Shown in pieces: positions 1 to 8,339 of a stretch of DNA of 64,000 nt; the stretch's first letter is position 1; the number at the start of each line of letters is the position of its first letter. The stretch is taken from positions 4,157 through 68,156 of the forward strand of contig DASSHC010000467.1 in NCBI GenBank assembly GCA_035693105.1, in the 5' to 3' direction. The translations under genes were made by a program, and so were the position numbers. A model generated the notes under the pieces. It was not told where the DNA came from and did not search any database. It was given only the letters and a program-made list of their open reading frames with translations. The DNA is from Thermomicrobiaceae bacterium. GTDB taxonomy: Bacteria > Chloroflexota > Chloroflexia > Thermomicrobiales > Thermomicrobiaceae.

Positions 1-101
1 TATGGGGAGATCAGGAAGTCGAGGCGCGAGTGGGGCGCTCTCGGCGAGCCGCGTGCCATCCATCGGGTGGACGCGCGCAGCACCGGCCCCGCCCCAGTGT
101 C

Positions 102-144
102 GCCGGTGTAGAGTCCGGTAGGTCGAGCCGGACTCTACACCGGC
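102..144 (-). terminator. Perfect 17-bp stem / 9-nt loop hairpin just 3' of the nuoF-like gene (no U-tract)
   Basis: gccggtgtagagtccgg (102-118) is the exact reverse complement of ccggactctacaccggc (128-144). It lies 22 nt downstream of the minus-strand stop codon at 166-168. No T-run follows on the minus strand, so terminator function is unproven. Confidence 0.3.
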
Positions 145-165
145 CGTGGCTCGTGGGTGGGGATG

Positions 166-1899
166 CTACTGACCGGCGCCGGCCAGCGAGAGGACCGTCT
201 CGCCCACGGCGCAGGGGCAGGCGCCGGCCGGGCAGCGGCCCTCGCGCACATGCGCCTCGAACTCTTCCGGGTAAGCGCGTTTCATCCCCAGCACCGGCAT
301 CGGCGCCACCTGGCCCAGACCGCAGAGCGACAATTCGATTACGTGCTTGCTGGAGCCGTCGATCAACTCCAGGTCGGCCGGTCGCGCTCGCCCGTTGCGC
401 ATGCGGTCGAGAATCTCCAACAGCGCCGGGGTTCCGAGCCGACAGGGCGTGCATTTGCCGCACGACTCGTAGCGATTGAACTGCATCAGGTAGCGGGCGA
501 AATCGACCGCGCAGACCGATTCGTCGAAGACGACAAAGCCGCCCGAGCCGAGCATACCGCCGGCCTCGGTCATCGAGTCGAAGTCGACCAGCAGGTCGAG
601 TTGATCTTCCTTCAATGGTCCGGCCGAGACGCCGCCGGTTTGCACGCCCTTGAAGGTGTAGCCGTCGGCCATGCCGCCATAGATGCCGAAGATCAGCTCG
701 CGCATCGGCAGCCCCATCTCGACCTCGGCCAACCCGATACGTTTGACCGGTCCCTGGATGGTGACCAGCTTGGTCCCCTTGCTCTTCTCGGTGCCGATGG
801 CGGCGTACCACTCGCCGCCATTGAGCACGATCGCGGGCGCGTTGGCGAAGGTCTCGGTGTTGTTCAGCACCGTCGGCCGGCGCCAGACGCCTTCCTCCAC
901 CGAGCGCGGGGGTTTCGTGCGCGGCTGACCGCGCTGGCCCATCACCGAGTACATCAGCGCCGAGCCTTCACCGCAAATGTAGGCTCCGCCGCCGGTGCGC
1001 GTGCGCATATGGCAGGCAATGCCGGTGCCGAGCACGTTGTCGCCCAGCAACCCCAGCTCGTAGGCCTGCTGGACCGCGGTGCGGAAGCGTTTGACCGCCA
1101 GCACATGCTCGCCGCCGATGTAGTTGTAGCCGTAGGGAGTCTCAAGCGCGTAGCAGGCGAGCATAATCCCCTCCAGCACCAGGTGGGGATTGGTCTCGAT
1201 CAAGCGGCGGTCCTTGTAAACATTCGGCTCGCCCTCATGGCTGTTGGCGATGACGTACTTCGGCCAGGATGGCGTGCGCCGCCCGCTCTCCCACTTGATC
1301 CCCGCCGGAAAGCCCGCGCCGCCGCGCCCGCGCACGTTGGCCGTTTTGACCTCGTTGACCACCGCATCCGGCGTCATCTCGAAGAGTGCTTTGATCCAGG
1401 CCCGGTAGCCGCCGCGGGCGATGTACTCTTCGATCGACTCGGGATCGATCACCCCGGCGTTCTCCAGCAGGAGCCGCCGCTGAGGGGCGATGTAGGGGTG
1501 GCTGTTGAGTGGCTGGATGCCCTCGTACGGCTCGCTGGCATCGACGCCCAGCGCCTTCTCAGCTTGCACGTCGCCACGGCGCAAGCCGGCGATCAACTCG
1601 GGTACACGGTCGGTGGTAATGTTCATGTAGACGATTGGCGGCCGCCCGGGAACCCGGACCTCGACCCACGGCTCGGCCCAGCACCAGCCGGAGCAGCCGA
1701 CCCGGCGCAGATCGAACGGCACTCCGGCCTGCTCCAGCACCAACCGCAGGTGCTCGATCGTCTCCATCGCCCCCTGCGCGATGCTGCACTCGCTCACCGG
1801 TACCTTTACCTGCCAGCGGTCGCTCTGCTCGCGCTCCTGCCAGGCTTCCACGGCCCGATCGGCGTAGGCTTCGAACTCGGCTCGGTTACTCAGCGGCAT
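166..1899 (-). CDS. NADH dehydrogenase flavoprotein subunit, NuoF/HoxF/HydB family (51-kDa type) with N-terminal thioredoxin-like extension
   Basis: ORF 166..1962 trimmed to ATG 1899, which has GGAGG 6 nt upstream. Contains GRGGAGFPAGIKWE (FMN/NADH-site region) and ESCGKCTPCR (4Fe-4S N3 motif). Confidence 0.85.
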   Translation of the reverse strand: MPLSNRAEFEAYADRAVEAWQEREQSDRWQVKVPVSECSIAQGAMETIEHLRLVLEQAGVPFDLRRVGCSGWCWAEPWVEVRVPGRPPIVYMNITTDRVPELIAGLRRGDVQAEKALGVDASEPYEGIQPLNSHPYIAPQRRLLLENAGVIDPESIEEYIARGGYRAWIKALFEMTPDAVVNEVKTANVRGRGGAGFPAGIKWESGRRTPSWPKYVIANSHEGEPNVYKDRRLIETNPHLVLEGIMLACYALETPYGYNYIGGEHVLAVKRFRTAVQQAYELGLLGDNVLGTGIACHMRTRTGGGAYICGEGSALMYSVMGQRGQPRTKPPRSVEEGVWRRPTVLNNTETFANAPAIVLNGGEWYAAIGTEKSKGTKLVTIQGPVKRIGLAEVEMGLPMRELIFGIYGGMADGYTFKGVQTGGVSAGPLKEDQLDLLVDFDSMTEAGGMLGSGGFVVFDESVCAVDFARYLMQFNRYESCGKCTPCRLGTPALLEILDRMRNGRARPADLELIDGSSKHVIELSLCGLGQVAPMPVLGMKRAYPEEFEAHVREGRCPAGACPCAVGETVLSLAGAGQ

Positions 1900-2428
1900 C
1901 GATGTCCTCCAGTGACTCGCCCCGCTCGACCGCTCGCATGGCCGCCTGAAGCTTCTCAGCATTCAGGTGACCGAAATAGTGATGGTGATCGATCTGTACC
2001 ACCGGTGCCAGGTTACAGACACCCAGGCAACCATTGACGATCTGTACCCCGAACTCACCATCGGAAGTGCGGCCGTCGTCATCCAGGCCAGGCTGTGTGC
2101 GGATCGACTGCACCAGCTTATCGGCGCCCATCACAAAACAGGCCGCTCCATAACAGAGGAGCATCGAATGTTTCCCCGGCGGCTCGGTGCGGAAGTCGGC
2201 GTAGAAGGTCAGCAACCCGTAGATGCGGTTGATTGTCACGCCCAGGTGATCGGCGATCACCTGGGCGGCTGACGGCGACACCCAGCCGTACAACGACTGT
2301 GCCTCCTGGCAGGCGCCGACGATCAGCTCCTGTGCTTCTTGGTAATCGCCGGGTTGGAAGTCTCGTTGCAAGATATCGCGCAGGGGTTGCAGGTCGATCT
2401 CGGCATTCGGCTCCGTCGTGTGAACCAC
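1886..2428 (-). CDS. NuoE/HoxE-like thioredoxin-like [2Fe-2S] ferredoxin subunit (24-kDa type)
   Basis: C-x4-C ... C-x3-C pattern (LLCYGAACFVMG ... NGCLGVCNLAP). GTG start at 2428. The 3' end overlaps the nuoF-like start by 14 nt. Confidence 0.85.
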   Translation of the reverse strand: MVHTTEPNAEIDLQPLRDILQRDFQPGDYQEAQELIVGACQEAQSLYGWVSPSAAQVIADHLGVTINRIYGLLTFYADFRTEPPGKHSMLLCYGAACFVMGADKLVQSIRTQPGLDDDGRTSDGEFGVQIVNGCLGVCNLAPVVQIDHHHYFGHLNAEKLQAAMRAVERGESLEDIDAAE

Positions 2429-2519
2429 GTCGCGCCCTCTCGTCTGAGCGGCTAGACGTGGGCCTACCTCGGCCTCACCAGCCGCACCCGTTCCTCACGG
2501 AGTATAGCAAAGCGTTCTC

Positions 2520-3014
2520 TTGCTACACTTAGGCTTGAGGCCGGTTCGAGCCAATCATGGGGAGCACGCGCGCGTGTGGTGGTGGGATAGCCTGATCGAC
2601 GACAAAGTCCGCACCGCGCAGCAGGAGGGCCAGTTCGACAACCTGCGGGGTGCGGGCCGGCCGTTCCGCTGGAAAGACGATTCCAACGACGAAGACTGGC
2701 TGGGCAATCATCTCTTACATAATGCGGGGGTTCTGCCCGAGTGGCTCCAGCTACGCAAGGAGATCGCCGCTGAGCGGCCCGCCGTGCGTGAGGCGCTCGA
2801 TACGTACTGGCTCCGGCGTGCTGAGCTGGACCCTCAGGATCACCGTCACGCCGCGCTGCTCGCTCGCCTGGAAGCTGAATACGCCGCCCGCGCACGCGAG
2901 ATCAACCGCAAGATCGACGAACACAATCTCCGCTGTCCCTCGCTGGCCCACGAGATGCCGCGATTTCCCGAGGATCTGATCCGGCGGCGGCTTCAGCGTG
3001 TCTGTCGCTCTTGA
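2520..3014 (+). CDS. DUF1992 (DnaJ-C28-like) domain protein
   Basis: WWDSLIDDKVRTAQQEGQFDNLRGAGRPF matches the DUF1992 signature as I remember it. The start is uncertain; an in-frame GTG at 2574 sits just before the conserved block. Confidence 0.65.
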   Translation: MLHLGLRPVRANHGEHARVWWWDSLIDDKVRTAQQEGQFDNLRGAGRPFRWKDDSNDEDWLGNHLLHNAGVLPEWLQLRKEIAAERPAVREALDTYWLRRAELDPQDHRHAALLARLEAEYAARAREINRKIDEHNLRCPSLAHEMPRFPEDLIRRRLQRVCRS

Positions 3015-3232
3015 CTGCAGATGCGCTTGACGCGCTCGACCAGCTCCGGCGGCGCTGAGACATCGCGACAACTTTTACGCACCAGGCGCAGCACATCGGC
3101 CTCGAAGGTGAAGCGATCCCGGCAGGGCGGGCAGGCGTCGAGGTGGCGCTGCACCTCCACCAGTTCCTCCGAAGACAGCTCCCGATCGAGATACTCGTAG
3201 AGTCGTTTGAGCGCCTCGTCGCATTTAGTCAT
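2993..3232 (-). CDS. Zinc-binding anti-sigma factor (ZAS, RsrA/RshA-like, cytoplasmic, 79 aa)
   Basis: Internal ATG 3232 of ORF 2993..3457 gives MTKCDEALKRLYEYLD...HLDACPPC (H-x3-C-x2-C ZAS motif). There is no TM segment. The start overlaps the sigma-factor stop by 8 nt. Confidence 0.8.
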   Translation of the reverse strand: MTKCDEALKRLYEYLDRELSSEELVEVQRHLDACPPCRDRFTFEADVLRLVRKSCRDVSAPPELVERVKRICSQERQTR

Positions 3233-3809
3233 GTGGCACGTCCCCGACGTAGCTGTCCACCAACGCCCGCTGCAGCCGCCGGCGCGCTCGGTGCAGACGC
3301 GACATGACGGTGCCGATCGGGATGTCCATGATCTCCGCGATCTCGCGATAGGCGAAGCCCTCGACGTCGGCCAGGAGCACCACCTGGCGGAACTCAGCGG
3401 GCAGCGCTTCCAGCGCCCGCACGACCGACTCGTCGGTGATGCTGGCCAGCACCTCATCCTCCGGACGGCGAGAGGAGGGCTGGATGCCCGAATCGATGAG
3501 ATGCGCGTACACGTAGTACTCCTCGGTATCGTCGAGCGACGTGCTCTTGGGCTGACGCGACCGGCGACGATACTCGTTGATGAACGCGTTCGTCAGGATT
3601 TTGAACAACCAAGCACGCAAGTTTGTGCCCGGCTGGAAACGATCGAGGCCACGGACGGCACGAAGGTACGTCTCCTGCACCAGGTCCTCGGCATCAGCCG
3701 GGTTGCGGGTCAACCGGATCGCCGTGCGATACAGCGCGTCGATCTGAGCCAGGGCCTCAGCCTCCAACTCCGCGCGCACCTCCGGCGAGTGTGGTACCAG
3801 AGCAGCCAC
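3225..3809 (-). CDS. ECF-type RNA polymerase sigma-70 family factor (SigR/SigH/SigE-like)
   Basis: Region 2 (DAEDLVQETYLRA) and region 4 HTH (FAYREIAEIMDIPIGTVMSRLHRARRRL). GTG start preceded by AAGGGGGGAAG. Confidence 0.9.
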   Translation of the reverse strand: MAALVPHSPEVRAELEAEALAQIDALYRTAIRLTRNPADAEDLVQETYLRAVRGLDRFQPGTNLRAWLFKILTNAFINEYRRRSRQPKSTSLDDTEEYYVYAHLIDSGIQPSSRRPEDEVLASITDESVVRALEALPAEFRQVVLLADVEGFAYREIAEIMDIPIGTVMSRLHRARRRLQRALVDSYVGDVPHD

Positions 3810-3877
3810 TACCAGCTTCCCCCCTTACCCAGCGCCACATCGCACCAGGTCTCGGACCAATCGCGCGTCTCGCATCG

Positions 3878-4234
3878 CTAACGGGAACGACGACTGAATA
3901 AGGAGAGGAAGTCCCCGTCGAACGCGTCCAGAAACTCGTGCATGTCGAGCACATCGTCCACCGTCACCGCCGACGAGGTGAACTCCGCGACCACCTCCGA
4001 GAGCGCTTCGTCGTCCAGATACTCGAGCGCATCGTCGTCGTCGTGATCGCCAACGACGGCGGCGACGAACGCCTGCGCGTCGCAGCACGAGCAGCGAATC
4101 GCCAGCACCCAGAGATTGCCGGTACGCCCGACGATGCGGGCGTCATCCAGTTGATACGCGGTTTGGCACTGCGAGCAGTCGCCCAGCACGTCGAGTACTG
4201 TTTTTCGGACGTCGATGTTATCAGGCTCCATCAT
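3878..4234 (-). CDS. Hypothetical acidic Zn-ribbon-like protein (118 aa)
   Basis: CSQC ... CSCC cysteine pairs followed by a strongly acidic C-terminal half (DHDDDDALEYLDDE...). Packed 9 nt after the upstream nuclease gene. I recognise no family. Confidence 0.55.
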   Translation of the reverse strand: MMEPDNIDVRKTVLDVLGDCSQCQTAYQLDDARIVGRTGNLWVLAIRCSCCDAQAFVAAVVGDHDDDDALEYLDDEALSEVVAEFTSSAVTVDDVLDMHEFLDAFDGDFLSLFSRRSR

Positions 4235-4243
4235 GTCGCGCTT

Positions 4244-4777
4244 CTAGTTGTCTCGCTTCTTTTCAAAGTCGTCCAGGTCAAGTGAGTTGATGAATTCACG
4301 AAAGACGCTGAGATCGCCTGTCGCCTCCTCGCCTTTCACCGATTCGCGCTCCGGCGCCTCCTCTTCGTCGCTCTCGTGCTCCAGGCTGACGCCGGCCCGG
4401 TCCATGACCGTCTCCTCGACCAGGATGGGCACCTTGACCCGCACCGCCAGCGCGATCGCGTCACTCGGCCGGCTATCGACCTCGATCTCCTGTCCGTCAT
4501 GGTCGAGCACGATGCGCGCGTAGAAGACGTCGTTGGAGAGATCCGTCACCAGCACCTGGCGCACCGTGCCCCCCATGTCGGTGATGATGGTGCGCATCAG
4601 GTCGTACGGCAGCGGCCGAGCTGATGACATCGACTGCAGCTCCATCGCGATTGCCTCGGCTTCGAACGGGCCAATCCAAATCGGCAGGTGACGATCGCCG
4701 CCCACTTCCTTCAGGATGACCACCCGGTGCTGCGTTACCAGACTCACCCGGATGCTCTCTACCACGGTTTCGATCAT
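4244..4777 (-). CDS. Bifunctional nuclease family protein (BFN/DUF151)
   Basis: VVILKEVGGDRHLPIWIGPFEAEAIAMEL and SRPSDAIALAVR are the characteristic DUF151 blocks. Confidence 0.8.
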   Translation of the reverse strand: MIETVVESIRVSLVTQHRVVILKEVGGDRHLPIWIGPFEAEAIAMELQSMSSARPLPYDLMRTIITDMGGTVRQVLVTDLSNDVFYARIVLDHDGQEIEVDSRPSDAIALAVRVKVPILVEETVMDRAGVSLEHESDEEEAPERESVKGEEATGDLSVFREFINSLDLDDFEKKRDN

Positions 4778-4910
4778 GGAACGCCCCTTCCTGCAGCAGG
4801 CTGGTGCGTATCAACGCGGACCCCGGACACGGCTCGTTCTGGCGGCGTGCGACAAGTCACTTTTCATTCTACTGCCGAACTGCCCGCGCCGCTAGGACAT
4901 CGACGAAGCC

Positions 4911-5660
4911 CTACGGCGACGCCGAGTAGTTTGGATCGTGCAAGACGTGCGCCTCGCTTGGCGGCCAGTAGGCGATCCAGGCCTTGCCGATGACCGAGGT
5001 GATTGGCACGGGCCCGAAGACGCGCGAGTCGCTGCTGTTGTTGCGGTTGTCGCCGAGCACGAAGATGTAGCCTGCCGGCACATCATATTCGGCCGCGGTA
5101 CCGCGCCAGGCCGTATCCGAGTTGAGATAGGCCTCGTCGAGGCGCGTGCCATTGACGTAGACCCCCCCGTCATGGACCGTGACATGATCCCCGGGCAGGC
5201 CGATGATGCGCTTGATGTACGGCTCGGTGTGCTGCCCCGGCGGATTGAAGATGACGATGTCGCCGCGCTGCGGGGGGTCGAACGGGTACCAGATCAGCTG
5301 GCCATCACGGTGCACGCCGGGGAGCCAGTTGATCAGCGAGTTCACGTTCATGTGAAAATAGGCACGCCGGTTGACGACCAGCATCTCGTGGTCGTGAAGA
5401 TTCGGCAGCATACTGCTGCCGTCCACGCGGTAGTTGAGGATGATGCTGCGCACCGCGATAAAGATGAAAACCGCCAGCAGCAGCGTTTCGACGATCTCCT
5501 GAATGCTGGAGCGCTGCTTTTCCGCCGCTTTCGGGGCGTTCTCCGCCTCTCCTGCCGGGGCCGGAACGCTCGTCTCTTGAATGCGCATCAGCGAGGGGGG
5601 CCGAGTCAAATCGCCGTCGCCCTGTGGACGTGCGTGACCGTCGGGTCCGATATCAGGCAC
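4911..5660 (-). CDS. lepB: Signal peptidase I
   Basis: One N-terminal TM, catalytic Ser box (DGSSMLPNL), the GDIVIF block and VLGDNRNNSSDSR. GTG start with GGAGG upstream. Confidence 0.9.
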   Translation of the reverse strand: MPDIGPDGHARPQGDGDLTRPPSLMRIQETSVPAPAGEAENAPKAAEKQRSSIQEIVETLLLAVFIFIAVRSIILNYRVDGSSMLPNLHDHEMLVVNRRAYFHMNVNSLINWLPGVHRDGQLIWYPFDPPQRGDIVIFNPPGQHTEPYIKRIIGLPGDHVTVHDGGVYVNGTRLDEAYLNSDTAWRGTAAEYDVPAGYIFVLGDNRNNSSDSRVFGPVPITSVIGKAWIAYWPPSEAHVLHDPNYSASP

Positions 5661-5910
5661 AGAACCTCCGAGATGTTCTATCGGCCCCCGAACGGGGTCT
5701 CGCCCGGATTATACATCCCACGAATGACTCGCCCGGCCGAATGGGACCCAGGTGGGATGGCTGTCCTCCACGGTTTCGCTAGACTGAAGTCAGCCGCCCA
5801 GCCGCCTATGGTCCGACGGGAGGACGAGCCTGCGCCTTCGACGGGACGCACCGACAACCGGGACGCCGGCACCCCAGCGTGCGCGCAATGAGGCGCTCCC
5901 GTCCGGCACC

Positions 5911-7779
5911 GTGCTGGAGAGCCGCTACGAGATCCAGCGGGTCATCGGACGCGGTGGCATGAGCACCGTCTACGCCGCGCGTGATCTGCGCTTCGGGCAC
6001 GTTGAGCGGCTCTGCGCCATCAAGGAGATGACCGACCGCTCGCAAGACTACCAGACGCGGCTCACCCGCCTGGCCAACTTCGAGCGCGAGGCGGCGCTGC
6101 TGGCCACGCTCAGTCATACCGCGATCCCCAAGATCTACGACTACTTCACCCAAAGCGGCCTGATCTACCTCGTGCTCGAGTTCATCGACGGCCAGGATCT
6201 TGAGCGGGTGGTGTCGCACGCCACGGAGCCGCTGCCCGAGCCGACGGTCATCGACTGGGGATTGCAAATCCTCGACGTGCTGGCGTATCTGCACGAGCAT
6301 CATCCGGAGCCGATCGTCTTCCGCGACATGAAACCGTCGAACATCATGCTGCGCAGCGACGGCTCGCTCTCGCTGATCGACTTCGGTATCGCCCGCACCT
6401 TTCAGCCGCTGCAGCGCGGGACCATGATCGGGACCGAGGGCTACGCGCCGCCCGAGCAGTACCGGGGACTGGCCGAGCCGCGTGGCGACATCTACGCCAC
6501 CGGCGCCACGTTGCATCATCTGGCGACCGGCTCCGATCCACGCGCCGAGCCCCCCTTCTCGTTCCAGCAGCGCCGCCCGCGCAATCTGCGCCCACAGCTC
6601 AGCCAGGAGCTCGAGCAGGCTATCCTCAAAGCGGTCGCCTACGAACCGGCGGACCGCTTCCCCTCGGCCGCGGCGATGCGCCAGGCGCTGATCGATGTCC
6701 GCGAGGCAGGAGCGCGGCCGTCGTCGCCTGAACCGAGGGAAGCGCAACCAACTCCGCGGGCCTCGGGGCTCGTGCCGGAGCCGGCGGTCATCGTGATGGC
6801 CCCGAGCGAGCAACTCCACACCGACCGGCTGCGCTGGACCGTTCAGACGGCTGACGAGGTGCGCGGCAGTGCCACCATCGCCCAGCGGCAGGCGTATGTC
6901 GGCTCCTACGACCAGCACCTGTACGCGCTCGACCTGGCGGAAGGCGGCATCATCTGGCGCTTCCGCGCCAACCGCGGCCTCGTCTCGCGACCGCTCGTCC
7001 TCGGCGACCGCCTGATCGTCGGCTCGGAGGATCACACCATCTACGCCCTGGACCGACACCTGGGCCGGCTCAGTTGGTCGTTCCGCACTGCCATGCCGGT
7101 GCGCTCGTCGGCCACCGTCTTTCAGGACGCGATCGTGATCGGCTCCGACGACGGGTACTGCTACTGCCTCGACGCCGAGCAGGGACAACTCCTCTGGCGC
7201 CTGCGCGCCTGGGGACCGATCCGCTCTTCCCCACTCGTCGCCGACACACGTATCGTCTTCGGCTCCGACGACGGGTCAGTCTATAGCGCATCAGCCATCG
7301 ATGGCCGCCTGGCCTGGCGCCATCCGCTCGGCCACCCGGTGCTCTCGTCGCCGGCGCTCGGCGAGCAGACGGTCGTCGTCGGCTGCACCGATGGCGCACT
7401 CTACGGCCTCGATCTGCTGAGCGGCGTCGTCCGCTGGTCGGTCAAGACCGGCGGACCGATCGTGGCGTCACCACGAGTCGTCGGTGACACGGCTATCGTT
7501 GGCTCGGCCGACGGCCGGCTCTACGCCGTTTCCGTGACCGACGGCGAGCGCCAGTGGGAGCAAGCGCTATCGAAGCAGATTACGTCAAGCGCGGCCATCG
7601 CTGGCGCGCGCGTCTTCGTCGGCACCGTCGACGGTGATCTCGCATGTGTGGCGCTCGACTCGGGTGAGTTGCTCTGGAGCTACCGTCTTGGCAGTCCGAT
7701 CGTCGCGTCGCCGGCGATCGCCGACGCGACGGTGGTCGTCGGGACGCTCGACGGCCGCATCGCCGGAATACGCACCTGA
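5911..7779 (+). CDS. Hanks-type Ser/Thr protein kinase fused to a PQQ-like beta-propeller repeat domain
   Basis: GRGGMSTVY, AIKEM, FRDMKPSNIML, DFGIAR, GTEGYAPPE. The C-terminal half has repeated ...G.LYALD...G...W motifs. GTG start. Confidence 0.9.
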   Translation: MLESRYEIQRVIGRGGMSTVYAARDLRFGHVERLCAIKEMTDRSQDYQTRLTRLANFEREAALLATLSHTAIPKIYDYFTQSGLIYLVLEFIDGQDLERVVSHATEPLPEPTVIDWGLQILDVLAYLHEHHPEPIVFRDMKPSNIMLRSDGSLSLIDFGIARTFQPLQRGTMIGTEGYAPPEQYRGLAEPRGDIYATGATLHHLATGSDPRAEPPFSFQQRRPRNLRPQLSQELEQAILKAVAYEPADRFPSAAAMRQALIDVREAGARPSSPEPREAQPTPRASGLVPEPAVIVMAPSEQLHTDRLRWTVQTADEVRGSATIAQRQAYVGSYDQHLYALDLAEGGIIWRFRANRGLVSRPLVLGDRLIVGSEDHTIYALDRHLGRLSWSFRTAMPVRSSATVFQDAIVIGSDDGYCYCLDAEQGQLLWRLRAWGPIRSSPLVADTRIVFGSDDGSVYSASAIDGRLAWRHPLGHPVLSSPALGEQTVVVGCTDGALYGLDLLSGVVRWSVKTGGPIVASPRVVGDTAIVGSADGRLYAVSVTDGERQWEQALSKQITSSAAIAGARVFVGTVDGDLACVALDSGELLWSYRLGSPIVASPAIADATVVVGTLDGRIAGIRT

Positions 7780-7805
7780 GATACGCGGGAGGAAAGGAAC
7801 GTCGC

Positions 7806-8072
7806 GTGGCACTGCAGGTCGTCGTCCACATCCACAACGAGGATCCCTTCGTGGCGGAAATGGAGCATCTGCCCGATCCGAAAGACAACTTCGTGGCCAT
7901 CTCGCGGCCGCGTCGCCGCGATGGCAAGTCGCTCTCCTTCATCACCGATGGGATGACCTCGATGCTCTACCCCTGGTCTCGCATTGCGTTTATCGAGGTC
8001 ATCGGCGGCGAGCGTGACGGGAACGCCGAGGGGGTGGTGAGCTTTTTCCGGGAGGACAGCCGCGCCCGCTGA
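7806..8072 (+). CDS. Hypothetical protein (88 aa)
   Basis: GTG start 7 nt after a GGGAGGAAAGGA Shine-Dalgarno (7787-7798). Third codon positions are strongly G/C-biased, as in neighbouring real genes. Starts 27 nt after the kinase stop. No family recognised. Confidence 0.6.
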   Translation: MALQVVVHIHNEDPFVAEMEHLPDPKDNFVAISRPRRRDGKSLSFITDGMTSMLYPWSRIAFIEVIGGERDGNAEGVVSFFREDSRAR

Positions 8073-8078
8073 GCGGGC

Positions 8079-8300
8079 TTACTCGCGCTCGCTCGGGCGC
8101 CGCGGGGCCGGCCCACGCTCCTCGGGCGCCGGCAATTCGGGCGTCGACGTGATCTCGGCTTCGACGATCTGGGCGGCGGTGCGGGTCGCATCGGCCACGC
8201 GATCGAAGGTAACGCCGAGATCAGGCAATCGTGCCACCGCGAAGACAATCAGGACCACCACCAGGATGATGACTGTCTCCCCGAAGTCGATTCCTGCCAT
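8079..8300 (-). CDS. TatA/TatE-like Sec-independent translocase component (tentative)
   Basis: 73 aa with an N-terminal TM then an amphipathic segment: GETVIILVVVLIVFAVARLPDLG resembles the TatA consensus (WELIIILVIVLLLFGxKKLPELG). It lacks the canonical FG. Confidence 0.5.
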   Translation of the reverse strand: MAGIDFGETVIILVVVLIVFAVARLPDLGVTFDRVADATRTAAQIVEAEITSTPELPAPEERGPAPRRPSERE

Positions 8301-8339
8301 ATATTCCTCTTTCGCTCAACTGAAAATGGGCGGCCCGCC

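Noticed and set aside
157-2037. 626-aa + strand ORF covering the nuoE/nuoF-like region
   Set aside because: It is antisense to two genes with clear family motifs. The translation is Ala/Arg/Gly/His-rich with no recognisable domain. It is a typical stop-free shadow frame of GC3-rich genes.
5806-7188. 460-aa minus-strand ORF opposite the Ser/Thr kinase
   Set aside because: Shadow ORF with an Arg/Ala/Gly/Asp-rich low-complexity translation. The + strand carries all Hanks kinase motifs.
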